A DNA stretch of 64,000 nucleotides, from NCBI GenBank assembly GCA_038134595.1, contig JAYPVM010000004.1:157882-221881 (forward strand), in the 5' to 3' direction. The first letter of the stretch is position 1. Every line of letters starts with the position of its first letter. This document shows, piece by piece, positions 49,960-58,702 of the stretch. The notes under the pieces are model-generated. The model had not been told where the DNA came from. It saw nothing but the letters and a program-made list of their open reading frames with translations, and searched no databases. This stretch comes from Pseudomonadota bacterium. GTDB lineage: Bacteria; Bdellovibrionota_C; UBA2361; OMII01. The translations under genes were made by a program, and so were the position numbers.

Positions 49960-50459
49960 TGCGAGTCTCCTAAAAAGCACTTCATAGTCGTATTTTCAGT
50001 TCTTACTTCACGTGTGAAGTAGGTCTTGAAAACTCCCCAACTAGCTCGTCTAACGGAGCATCAACTTTGATGTTCGGCTAAACCGACACGGACATCATCG
50101 TAAAGGGGTATCTCTTATTGCCTACGGTACCTCTCTGGTTTGGACGTGCTATGAGAGGAATCAGTAAGAAGAAGCCAAGGACCTTGTTGCGTGGCAAGTG
50201 AATAGGAAGGGTAGGCTACACCGAGCGACCTGAAGTGCGAGTCTGTGGTAAATGACGCAGCGCCAACGGAAGAGGTGCTTGAAAAGCGAACACGTTTTAT
50301 GAATCCAAATGACAGGTCGACAGAAACCGCTTGTTTTTGAATGAATCTAATCAGCTTTGGCGCTGTTAGTATTGAATGCAGAAACCCAGAAAGCCCTGTC
50401 ACCAGAAAGGATAGCAGAGATAACGAACGGACAACGTGAATAGACGTTGATAGAAAACT

Positions 50460-50535
50460 TGGAGCTGACACCCCGACTTGAACGGGGAACCTACTGATTA
50501 CAAATCAGTTGCTCTACCAATTGAGCTATGCCAGC
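50460..50535 (-). tRNA. tRNA-Thr(TGT)
   Basis: Reverse complement GCTGGCATAGCTCAATTGGTAGAGCAACTGATTTGTAATCAGTAGGTTCCCCGTTCAAGTCGGGGTGTCAGCTCCA. Confidence 0.96.
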
Positions 50536-50654
50536 AAATCGAAAAAGATATTAGCCTGAAAGTAATTAAAATTCAATTACCTGAATGAAGTAAAACAGGT
50601 GTATTTACTTGAAGCCAGTAATTTACCATAATCTCGCCTTAGCTAAAGAGTAGT

Positions 50655-50730
<76 letters not shown>

Positions 50731-50834
50731 TGTAAGGCTTCGAAAAGATGATTATTTCATTATTTTGAGCCCTTAGGATGCCTTATTGTTGTCATTTTGG
50801 CTCGAGTATGCAATAACAGCGGCGCTACGTTTAC

Positions 50835-50917
50835 GGTGAGGTGCCCGAGTGGCTAAAGGGGGCAGACTGTAAATCTGCTGGCTACGGCCTACGGTGGTTC
50901 GAATCCACTCCTCACCA
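50835..50917 (+). tRNA. tRNA-Tyr(GTA)
   Basis: GGTGAGGTGCCCGAGTGGCTAAAGGGGGCAGACTGTAAATCTGCTGGCTACGGCCTACGGTGGTTCGAATCCACTCCTCACCA; long variable arm. Confidence 0.96.
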
Positions 50918-51007
50918 ATCCCGACCTTCCTTAAGACACATTTTCCCCTGCCAGTTGCGACGTTTTTTCACTCTCGGATAGGCGGACCTGGTAACAGCTT
51001 TTATAGA

Positions 51008-51991
51008 TCACAACTCATCAAACGGACTCACAACTCTTGGAATAGGGGACTTAGCCACATGCGTGTATATCATCGTAGTCTTTACATCACTGTGCCCCAA
51101 AAGCTCCTGAATAAGCCGAATATCTCGACCATTTTCGAGTAAGTGAGTTGCAAATGAGTGGCGAAACGTATGGCAGGTGATTCGTTTTGCTAGCCCGGCG
51201 TTGAGCGCAGCTTTTTTAACAGCCTCCTGCATAAAGGAATCATAGAGGTGGTGTCGTTTCAGATCGCCCGATCGAGGATCGATTGAGACCTTTACAGATG
51301 GAAACACATACTGCCACGCCCATTCGCGGTCGGCAGACGGGTATTTTTTAGCGAGAGCAAATGGCAGCGAAACTCGGCCTAAGCCTGCCTTTAAATCAGC
51401 CTTATGGATTTCCTTGGCGTGTAGTAGTTGCTTTCGTAATGGCTCGATCAGACGTTTTGGAAGAGGAACAATTCTATCCTTACCACCCTTGGCATCTCGA
51501 ATGACAATAAAACTTTGCCCGAAATCAATATCTTTAACACGTAGCCGTAAAGCTTCCGAGAGGCGGAGCCCACAACCGTACAATAGCGATGCAACCAACC
51601 ATTTCTGGGTGCTATTCTCTAGTTTTGCTAGTACACCATTAACCTCCTCTCGAGTCATTACAACTGGCATTCGTTGTCGTTGTCGAGCCCACTGAATACC
51701 CTTGCATTCACCAAGTTGACGATTAAGAACATGCTTAAACAGGAATGACAGGGCATTCAAAGCCTGATTCTGCGTGCTTGGCGAGCAAGTTCGATTAATC
51801 GCCAAGTCCGAGAGGAATGCTACAACCTCAGGCTCCCCCATTTGCTTTGGGTGACGCTTGTTATGAAAAAGTACGAATCGACGAATCCAGTAAAGATAAG
51901 ACTTTTCCGTTGAATAGCTAAGATGTCGAAGTCGAATGCATTGGCGTACTACTCCTAAAAGAGTGGGAGTAGTGGATTGTTTTTGCTTCAT
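51008..51991 (-). CDS. intI: Integron integrase
   Basis: [43 protein letters not shown], integron-specific insert ALAKKYP...WQYVFPS...DPRSG...[30 protein letters not shown]. Confidence 0.97.
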   Translation of the reverse strand: MKQKQSTTPTLLGVVRQCIRLRHLSYSTEKSYLYWIRRFVLFHNKRHPKQMGEPEVVAFLSDLAINRTCSPSTQNQALNALSFLFKHVLNRQLGECKGIQWARQRQRMPVVMTREEVNGVLAKLENSTQKWLVASLLYGCGLRLSEALRLRVKDIDFGQSFIVIRDAKGGKDRIVPLPKRLIEPLRKQLLHAKEIHKADLKAGLGRVSLPFALAKKYPSADREWAWQYVFPSVKVSIDPRSGDLKRHHLYDSFMQEAVKKAALNAGLAKRITCHTFRHSFATHLLENGRDIRLIQELLGHSDVKTTMIYTHVAKSPIPRVVSPFDEL

Positions 51992-52025
51992 ATTCGCACA
52001 ATCGAGGAAAAGGTCGGAAAGTTGC

Positions 52026-52219
52026 GATCTCGTGTTTTGCTGGTGTAGATCACCAGATCTCGTGATCTACGCATTTTCGGTAGATCACGAGACCCGTTGC
52101 TATTTTTGGTTTGAAGGTAAGTTGTGTTAATTGAGGTAGTTACTGCCTTGTTGCCTAACCTGAAGGAGCTGGTATGGTACCGTTAGATTTTGAACTTTGG
52201 CTAGATCACGAGATCTCGT
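52026..52219. repeat. Copies of the palindrome GTAGATCACGAGATCTCGTGATCTAC in the intI-attI region
   Basis: 26-bp copy with 1 mismatch at 52045-52070; partial copies at 52026-52034, 52080-52092 and 52202-52219. Confidence 0.9.
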
Positions 52220-52235
52220 CATTACTATGTTGTGC
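52202..52235 (+). other. attI site; crossover G/TT at 52229/52230
   Basis: GTTGTGC (52229-52235) is the reverse complement of GCACAAC, the R'' box of attC1. The upstream extent of attI is a guess. Confidence 0.8.
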
Positions 52236-52247
52236 CACGGAGAGAAG

Positions 52248-52997
52248 ATGAATAGCAGTAACCAATTCTATGCGGGACTTACCCCGTTCTACCACCTAAT
52301 CTATCCGAACTGGGAAGCCAGCATGCAGAGGCAGGCCGGCATGCTCGACTCGGTGATTCGGGAAACGTGGGGAGAGGTGTCCACCGTGCTTGATGTCTCA
52401 TGTGGTATCGGGACCCAGGCGATCGGCTTGGCCCAACTCGGATACAACGTCACTGCATCCGACCTCTCCCCGGAAGAGATCGAGCGAGCGCAGCAGGAGG
52501 CGGGCGCCAGGGGAATGTCGATAGAGTTTTCCGTGGCGGACATGCGCTCCGCGCATGACCACCACTCGAAGGACTTCGATATCGTCCTTTCCGCCGACAA
52601 CTCGGTTCCTCATTTGCTCACAGAAGAAGATATCCTTATTGCCTTCCGACAGTTCTTCGCATGCACCCGCCCAGGAGGCGGGTGCATTGTTACCGTTCGT
52701 GATTACGAGAAGGAAGACCTATCCAAACAACAGATCAAGCCATACGGGATTCGCGAACACGGGGGTGCAAGATGGTTGGGTTGGCAAGTGTGGGACCCGA
52801 ACCCGCCGACCTATGATGTCACAATGTATTTTGTGGAAGATCGTGGCGAGTCGGAATGTCAGACGCATGTCATGCGTTCAACATACTATGCCATCGGTAT
52901 CCCACGGCTGATAGAACTGATGTCGGAAGCGGGCTTCGCTGACGTGCAACGGCTGGACGGAAGGTTCTTTCAACCCATGATTATTGGAACAAGATAG
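52248..52997 (+). CDS. Cassette 1: class I SAM-dependent methyltransferase
   Basis: VLDVSCGIGTQA, SDLS, ADMR, FDIVLSADNSVPHL, RPGG; GGAG RBS inside the cassette. Confidence 0.9.
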   Translation: MNSSNQFYAGLTPFYHLIYPNWEASMQRQAGMLDSVIRETWGEVSTVLDVSCGIGTQAIGLAQLGYNVTASDLSPEEIERAQQEAGARGMSIEFSVADMRSAHDHHSKDFDIVLSADNSVPHLLTEEDILIAFRQFFACTRPGGGCIVTVRDYEKEDLSKQQIKPYGIREHGGARWLGWQVWDPNPPTYDVTMYFVEDRGESECQTHVMRSTYYAIGIPRLIELMSEAGFADVQRLDGRFFQPMIIGTR

Positions 52998-53059
52998 GCA
53001 CAACAAAGCCCTGCACTTTACGTCGCTAGACGCGCCGAAAGTGAGGGCAGACGTTAGCC
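52998..53059 (+). other. attC1
   Basis: GCACAAC-aaa-GCCCTgCACTTT...AAAGTGAGGGC-agac-GTTAGCC; imperfect inverted repeat with an extrahelical base. Confidence 0.92.
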
Positions 53060-53076
53060 CAAATAAAGCAGGAACC

Positions 53077-54168
53077 ATGCGCATTATTTCCTTTCTAGTT
53101 ACAGGTCTTTTATTTCCCTTGATTGCACTCGCACAGCCAAAGGATATTCCTTCGCGTTTGAAGGTAGGAATAATTACCCCGCTTTCGGGTCCTCTCGCTG
53201 AATATGGCGTGGCCGTCCGTAACGGTATAGATCTAGCCCGCCGAGAGTTCCCGGAAATCGATTCTCGTTGCGATTTCGCTATCGAGGACTCGAAATATGA
53301 TTCTTCAACGGCGATTACCATATTTCGGAAACTCGTATCCACCGATCATTTCCACGTGGTGTACAACTGGGGAGGTCCTACATCAGAGGCTCTTGCACCG
53401 ATAGCAGCGCGGAAAGATGTAGCGCTGTATGTCTGGTCGGCAGATCCTCGCGTGAGCGAAGGACGAACTAGAGTCGTTCGATTTGCCAATAGTGGCGCTG
53501 ATTATGGCAGAGTCCTTGCGAATCACTTGCGTGCCCGAGGTTTCCGCAAAGTGGCAGTCTTTAAAACGGACAACCAATATCTTGAGGCAATTTTCGCGGG
53601 ACTGAAAGCTGCTTCGGGGGATCTTCAGGTAGACCTGCTAGACTCGTTTCAACCTAGAGATAAAGATTTTCGCTCCTCTATCAGCAAGCTAAAGGTAAGA
53701 GCCTATGACGCGGTTGGCCTATTTCTTATCTCGGGTCAAGTTTCTTTGTTCTCTAACCAGCTACGAGCGATGGGGATTGAAGCACCTATATTTGGCACAG
53801 ATTTTTTTGAGAGTATGTCAGAGGTTCGCCAGTCTAAAGGCGCTCTTGTTGGGGCTACTTTTGCCAATAATGAAGTCTCCCCCAGTTTTCGAGCTCGATA
53901 CCTCGCCACCTTCAATAACGATTTTCAAATTAATCATGCCGCCAATGGCTTCGATTTCGCCTTTCTCTTATGCAAACAGCTAGGTTCTGACGTGGGTGTT
54001 TTATCCGCCGAGGAAATCCTTTCGAGAACTATGAAGTTGGAGCGGATGTCGACTCAGCAAGGGGAGGCTAGGCTAGTTACTTCTTCTACGGGAGATAAAT
54101 ACTTTGACTTTCCTGTTGTGATAAGGAGAATTACGAACTCAGAGATAGTTACCGATAGTAAGGGCTAA
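53077..54168 (+). CDS. Cassette 2: LivJ/LivK-type ABC transporter substrate-binding protein
   Basis: Signal peptide; KVGIITPLSGPLAEYGVAVRNGIDLA, EDSKYD, DFRSSISK, A..GFD. Confidence 0.88.
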   Translation: MRIISFLVTGLLFPLIALAQPKDIPSRLKVGIITPLSGPLAEYGVAVRNGIDLARREFPEIDSRCDFAIEDSKYDSSTAITIFRKLVSTDHFHVVYNWGGPTSEALAPIAARKDVALYVWSADPRVSEGRTRVVRFANSGADYGRVLANHLRARGFRKVAVFKTDNQYLEAIFAGLKAASGDLQVDLLDSFQPRDKDFRSSISKLKVRAYDAVGLFLISGQVSLFSNQLRAMGIEAPIFGTDFFESMSEVRQSKGALVGATFANNEVSPSFRARYLATFNNDFQINHAANGFDFAFLLCKQLGSDVGVLSAEEILSRTMKLERMSTQQGEARLVTSSTGDKYFDFPVVIRRITNSEIVTDSKG

Positions 54169-54232
54169 CAAGCATGCCTAGGTGGAGTCTCGGACGCTGG
54201 CGCGCCGAAACCACCTAGCAAGAGCGTTATCC
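54163..54232 (+). other. attC2
   Basis: GGCTAAC...TGCCTAGGTGG...CCACCTAGCA...GTTATCC; R'' overlaps the stop codon and complements GTTAGCC. Confidence 0.92.
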
Positions 54233-54287
54233 TTCTTCGAGATTATTTTTAGGTATCAATTTTCATTCGACAGGCCATAACCCCTAC

Positions 54288-54953
54288 ATGCAGTATCTTA
54301 GCGCGCAGCGACGACAAAAGCTTGTAAATGGATCAGCAGAAACTCCTCAGGACCTTCGTGTCGAAGACATCAGCCTATCGAAAATTCGAGATGTTTTTCT
54401 TGGGGAGTGGTTGCCGCAAGTGTTATCAGATGGCAGGCGTGTAGAAATGGCTCCAGGAGATCAGGTGGAGGAGTCTCATCTTGCTGTAATCCGCAATGAA
54501 GCTCGGGAGATTCAAAACGAATACGGTAGGTACGCTTGGGCTGAAAAACCTTTTATCGAAGTAGTCGATTACTACGACGATAAAGTTCGACAAGGATTAT
54601 TTTATGTCGGTTTGGTTGACAATCAGCCTGCCGGAATGGTCGGTTTAAGTTCAAAGGCTTCGGCAATATGGGAGGCCCATCACTCGGGAGATGCAATTTA
54701 TTTATCTCGGTTGACGGTGCTAAAGGCCTTTCGGGGCACGGGTCTAGCAGATGGAATGATCGACTGGGCCAAGAAGGTTACGACTGCGGAAGGATTCAAC
54801 AAGTTGCGCCTCGATTGTGAGGCCGATCCGCGTTTAGTGTCCTACTACGAAAGAAAGGGTTTTTCTAAGGTGGGTGAACCGAGAGAAAAACGTCTAAGTG
54901 GTATTACTCCACAGCTAATGGAAGTAGACCTATCATCGAGGATGTCGGGATAA
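54288..54953 (+). CDS. Cassette 3: GNAT acetyltransferase
   Basis: IYLSRLTV...FRGTGLA..MI, LRLDC....LVSYYERKGF. Confidence 0.88.
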   Translation: MQYLSAQRRQKLVNGSAETPQDLRVEDISLSKIRDVFLGEWLPQVLSDGRRVEMAPGDQVEESHLAVIRNEAREIQNEYGRYAWAEKPFIEVVDYYDDKVRQGLFYVGLVDNQPAGMVGLSSKASAIWEAHHSGDAIYLSRLTVLKAFRGTGLADGMIDWAKKVTTAEGFNKLRLDCEADPRLVSYYERKGFSKVGEPREKRLSGITPQLMEVDLSSRMSG

Positions 54954-55008
54954 CAAACAAGTTGAATTGCGACCAACAAGCTGACACAATCCATCTATAA
55001 CGTTCTAC
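54948..55008 (+). other. attC3 (degenerate)
   Basis: R'' GGATAAC complements GTTATCC; AGTTGAATTG pairs 8/10 with CAATCCATCT; R' GTTCTAC. Confidence 0.65.
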
Positions 55009-55083
55009 GCTTAAGTCACAATCTAATAGAATTGATTCATAAAGATCCAAAATTTACTAATTTTATTTTTACTTGGGAGCTAT

Positions 55084-55401
55084 ATGAGTTTTAGGGATGT
55101 AGGCAAGCAATTTCTAGACACCCTAAAAGATCTTGGTATAGCAGATTCTTTAGGTCTAAGAGCTAAACCTAAAGAGATTGTTCCTATGAAGATTCCGAAT
55201 GGAATTCCTGGTGATTTCAACAAAACAGTTCTTGATAAAAACAATGAACCTTCTGTAGAAGTCTTAAACGATTTTTTTTCTGATAAAGAAACATTATCAA
55301 GACTTGTTTTGTGTCCACAAATTAATAAAGATTTGTTAGATGATTGGGGACTCTACGGCTATGAGCCTGGTTTACTTCCAGGCTCCTCCACCTATTCCTA
55401 A
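55084..55401 (+). CDS. Cassette 4 hypothetical protein, AT-rich, probably 3'-truncated
   Basis: GGGAG RBS; base composition changes near 55350; no matching attC found. Confidence 0.5.
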   Translation: MSFRDVGKQFLDTLKDLGIADSLGLRAKPKEIVPMKIPNGIPGDFNKTVLDKNNEPSVEVLNDFFSDKETLSRLVLCPQINKDLLDDWGLYGYEPGLLPGSSTYS

Positions 55402-55690
55402 GTTCATTGATACCGCACACGCTATCGATGAGTTTCCCGAGTACGACTCATTTGAGCCGTCGCCTGATGAATTCTAAACTCCGCTTCTTCGGTAACGGGA
55501 CGGCAGACGTATATCTGAAAGGCTATTTCTTGCAACTCAGCAACACATCTTCAGCTACCCTCGGACAGTTGAAACCCTACCCTGCTCAAAGCTCCCCATT
55601 CGGGCTCAGACCTCACCACTAGAAAGACCTATCGAGCAGGTCGACTACCGCTCATCAACTACTTGCAAAAAAGCGATTGGTTTTCCTAGC
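55350..55690 (+). mobile_element. Possible IS91-family right-end remnant (transposase tail plus oriIS-like end)
   Basis: Frame 55361-55477 reads MSLVYFQAPPPIPKFIDTAHAIDEFPEYDSFEPSPDEF*, resembling the Pro-rich/acidic IS91 tail. AAAAAAGCGATTGGTTTTCCTAGC resembles oriIS (…TTCCTAT). Confidence 0.4.
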
Positions 55691-55888
55691 GATAGATAAA
55701 GCCCTCATTGTATTTGAGGGGCAGTAACGCCCGGATTTTGTGACAGAAATCCTTGATGGAAGTGGAATTGATAGTAATGGCAGCAGGCGAAGTGTGATTT
55801 TTGACTAAGACCGCTGGCTACTGTAGCCTCTTGTTTACCTAGCCGTCGGAGAGCTTGGTTGGGGCGGTTGCCGTAGAACGTTTGGAGA

Positions 55889-57193
55889 TTGGTTGTCATG
55901 GGAATTACAATTGGTGCAGGAGATGGCCCTAAGAATGAGAAGGGAGTATCAGCGGAAGGCGCTAAACCTGCCGAGTCTGGGTTGGGTGCATTAAGCGTCA
56001 GTCATGCGGGGGCAGTGCGGCAGGGACAGGAGCTAATTTTCCAAGCAACCCCTGAGGCCAAAGAGGCCTTGGCGGTCCTCCACGAACGCACCGATCGGGC
56101 GGCACGGACAGCTCAAAGATTGTTGGCTCTTCCCGATCTAACGAGAACAGAGAATTCCCCAGTTAGGATTGTTTTAGACGCTATTGTTGGCCTCGAAAGA
56201 TTTAAGTCGTTTGATATCGCTACCATTCCAGAGATAGTTCACGTCCGAGACAATTTTGACACTTTGAATACTCCTCTTGACCATCCAGCACGCCGGCCGA
56301 GCGATACATACTACCTCAAAGGGGATGTGCGGGATGGGTACGTGTTGAGGACCCAAACAACGGCCATGTGGCCATACTATCTCTCCAACCCAGAGGTTCG
56401 CACTCGTCTAGAGAATGATGGAATGGTTGGAGCACTGGCGTACGGACGGGTGTTTCGAAACGATGAAGTTGATCGCACTCATTACCCATGTTTCCATCAG
56501 ATTGATGGATTGCACGTGATAGATCGACGTCTAGGGCGGATTGAAAAGCAGGATGTAGTGGATGTGCTCTTGGATATTGCCCGCGCCATCTACGGGCCGG
56601 ATGTAGAAACTCTGGTTAGTCAAGATTCATTCCCTTTTACCGACCCGAGTTTAGAGGTCGGAGTTAAACTGGATGGAAAGTGGTTAGAGATTCTTGGGGC
56701 CGGATGTGTACATCCGCAAGTGCTTAGCAATCTTGGTCTCGACCCAGAAAAATATTCTGGCTGGGCATTTGGCTTCGGAGTAGATCGCTTGGCAATGGTC
56801 AAGATGAACATTCCCGATATCCGAGTGTTGTGGTCAGAGGATCCTCGGATTAAAGGACAGTTTACGGATCTGAACAGCCAATATGAAGCTGTAAGTCGGT
56901 ACCCTTCGACTTTCCGGGACATTTCTTTCCTCTTGCAAAAAGATATGAGCTTGAACCGCTTCTTTGAAATCGTTCGAGAAGAAGGGCTGGTAAACGGTGA
57001 AAACGCCGTTGAGCTCGTGGAGATGATCGACCAATACGAGAACGACAAGAAATTTGGTCCAGACCGGCGAAGCTATACTTTTCGAACCACCTATCGGTCT
57101 CACGAGAGAACTCTTAGTAACGCCGATGTAAATGAAACACAGAATCGAATCCGGAAAGCAGTTGAAGCCGAACTCGGTGCTACCCTCCGGTAG
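55889..57193 (+). CDS. Monomeric phenylalanine-tRNA ligase (alpha catalytic domain fused to FDX anticodon-binding domain)
   Basis: NFDTL...DHPARRPSDTYY, LRTQTTA, GRVFRNDEVDRTHYPCFHQIDG, FPFTDPS, WLEILGAG, GWAFGFGVDRLAM...IPDIR, then SRYPSTFRDISF...YRSHERTL....VN......LR. Confidence 0.93.
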   Translation: MVVMGITIGAGDGPKNEKGVSAEGAKPAESGLGALSVSHAGAVRQGQELIFQATPEAKEALAVLHERTDRAARTAQRLLALPDLTRTENSPVRIVLDAIVGLERFKSFDIATIPEIVHVRDNFDTLNTPLDHPARRPSDTYYLKGDVRDGYVLRTQTTAMWPYYLSNPEVRTRLENDGMVGALAYGRVFRNDEVDRTHYPCFHQIDGLHVIDRRLGRIEKQDVVDVLLDIARAIYGPDVETLVSQDSFPFTDPSLEVGVKLDGKWLEILGAGCVHPQVLSNLGLDPEKYSGWAFGFGVDRLAMVKMNIPDIRVLWSEDPRIKGQFTDLNSQYEAVSRYPSTFRDISFLLQKDMSLNRFFEIVREEGLVNGENAVELVEMIDQYENDKKFGPDRRSYTFRTTYRSHERTLSNADVNETQNRIRKAVEAELGATLR

Positions 57194-57201
57194 TAGGGCG
57201 T

Positions 57202-58029
57202 ATGGAGGTGGCTCTATCCTCGAATAATGTACTGGAAAGAGGTTTCGCTTCTTTGATTCAGATCGCCCACGAGCTTGGGATTAAGTGGTTTGAGTTCAAC
57301 GAGACATACGAACCCGGTTCCTTGTCTGACACGAGAACTAAGCTTGAAACGCTCATAGCGGAGGGCTTCGGTATCACAGCAGTCAATCTGCTTGTTGATT
57401 GGGCATGGATAGCTGACTCGCAGCTTCCTGCGGAAGTTGAGGGCGCCTTCGAGATACTAGACAAGTCAAATGCGTCGATCTTCAATCTTTATGTTTTGCC
57501 ACATACCTGTCCGTTAGACGGCTCTGCCGAGTCGTTCCTGCCGTTGCTACATCGGCTCGTCGAGCGCAGTCAGCAAATGGGCAGATCTGTCATGATTGAA
57601 AACGTGGCTTCGCCCAAGGCACCCCTGTTCCTGCGTTCGGTGGCTCATCTTAATTCCTTAGTTAGCCGTATTGAAGGGGCGTCTCTTGGGCTCACGCTGG
57701 ATGTGGCAAATGCAATGCTGTGTGGTGAAGAGCTGGGGACGGGGAGCTTAGATGAGATTGCTCGGCAGGTTGGGCATCTTCACATGAAGAATTTTCGGGG
57801 TGCACAGGCGGGCGAGCAACGAGCGCGGTACTGGCGCGATGTTCGCGGTCAGATGGTGACGTCTTCCGGTGTGGATGAGGGGATATTTCCGGTATGTGGG
57901 GTATTCTCTAAGCTGTTAGACATAACAGCGCCTTCCTTCGTGACGGTAGAGGCGCTTGAAGGGGAGCTGGCTATTCAAAAAACTGTACAGGCACTTCGAG
58001 ACATCCTGGCTGGTGTTTCGGGCCGGTGA
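57202..58029 (+). CDS. Sugar phosphate isomerase/epimerase (xylose isomerase-like TIM barrel)
   Basis: Metal ligand pattern MIEN, LTLDVAN, HLHMKN, VTVE; 8 nt after the PheRS stop. Confidence 0.8.
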   Translation: MEVALSSNNVLERGFASLIQIAHELGIKWFEFNETYEPGSLSDTRTKLETLIAEGFGITAVNLLVDWAWIADSQLPAEVEGAFEILDKSNASIFNLYVLPHTCPLDGSAESFLPLLHRLVERSQQMGRSVMIENVASPKAPLFLRSVAHLNSLVSRIEGASLGLTLDVANAMLCGEELGTGSLDEIARQVGHLHMKNFRGAQAGEQRARYWRDVRGQMVTSSGVDEGIFPVCGVFSKLLDITAPSFVTVEALEGELAIQKTVQALRDILAGVSGR

Positions 58030-58084
58030 GAAGCGTCTAGCAGGCTGTCCACTGGTTATTAACAAGTGTCTTGTCGATAGAGAA

Positions 58085-58576
58085 CTAGGATCCCATTCGC
58101 TTCTGCAAAGCTGCGGTTATGCTGCGTAGTCGTTGGCCTACGTAGAGGATTGTTTCCTCACATGTGGACTCCAATACAAGACCGCTGCCTCCCAACGCCG
58201 CTGCCTTGACGCCCTGTTCGGCATCCTCTGTAGTAGTGCTGTGTTGAAGAAGGTCGCCGGAAATCTCAAGGAGTGAAGCAAAGTCAAACTTTCTCCAGTC
58301 TGTGCTGTAAACAATAGTTGGAATGACCCCGTGATGCCGCGCTACCGCCGTAATGCGGGTCGGTATATCGAGAAGAACCTCACAAACATCCTGTCCGAGT
58401 ACCAGATCGGCTGCGGAATTATCCGAAATGACAACGACATCAGGGATCTGGAGTGCCTCTATGGTGAGACCTGAAGGAACATAGAGACCTGTTATACCGG
58501 CTGCGATGGAACGGTGTATGAGTTCTGAGTCCCATTCGTTAATTTTCAACCAGAAGTGAATGTTACGCTGATCCAT
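58085..58576 (-). CDS. Stand-alone N-terminal half of 3-dehydroquinate synthase II (AroB'-like)
   Basis: FW.K...WDSELI...I.AG, DL.LG.DV.E, IV.STDW, T.EDA......LG..GLVL resemble the DHQS-II N-domain; C-domain absent. Confidence 0.55.
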   Translation of the reverse strand: MDQRNIHFWLKINEWDSELIHRSIAAGITGLYVPSGLTIEALQIPDVVVISDNSAADLVLGQDVCEVLLDIPTRITAVARHHGVIPTIVYSTDWRKFDFASLLEISGDLLQHSTTTEDAEQGVKAAALGGSGLVLESTCEETILYVGQRLRSITAALQKRMGS

Positions 58577-58702
58577 CTTACTATCGCAGGTTTCCGTGTT
58601 CTTTCACGAATCTGTCCGCCACCTAGGTCTTGATTGGGGTCGGTAGCTAGACTATCTTCCCGCAGAATACATTGTTTGCATAAGAGGGACTAGGGGCGAT
58701 AG

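Larger units (their letters stand above)
51008..55350. mobile_element. Integron with cassette array (3 complete cassettes, 4th probably truncated)
   Basis: intI divergent from the array; each cassette's leading GTT heptamer is the exact reverse complement of its trailing R'' box. Confidence 0.9.

Noticed and set aside
49990..50471. Hairpins upstream of the SYLF gene as a riboswitch, and the 118-aa ORF
   Set aside because: No match to a riboswitch consensus I can recognise; the ORF starts inside tRNA-Thr.
52197..52247. Track start of the methyltransferase at 52197, and 52984 for the SBP
   Set aside because: Both lie outside their cassette boundaries; internal ATGs with RBS (52248, 53077) fit.
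55873..55940. GTAGAAC as the R'' box of a fourth attC
   Set aside because: It complements GTTCTAC, but no convincing inverted repeat or R' GTT box follows.
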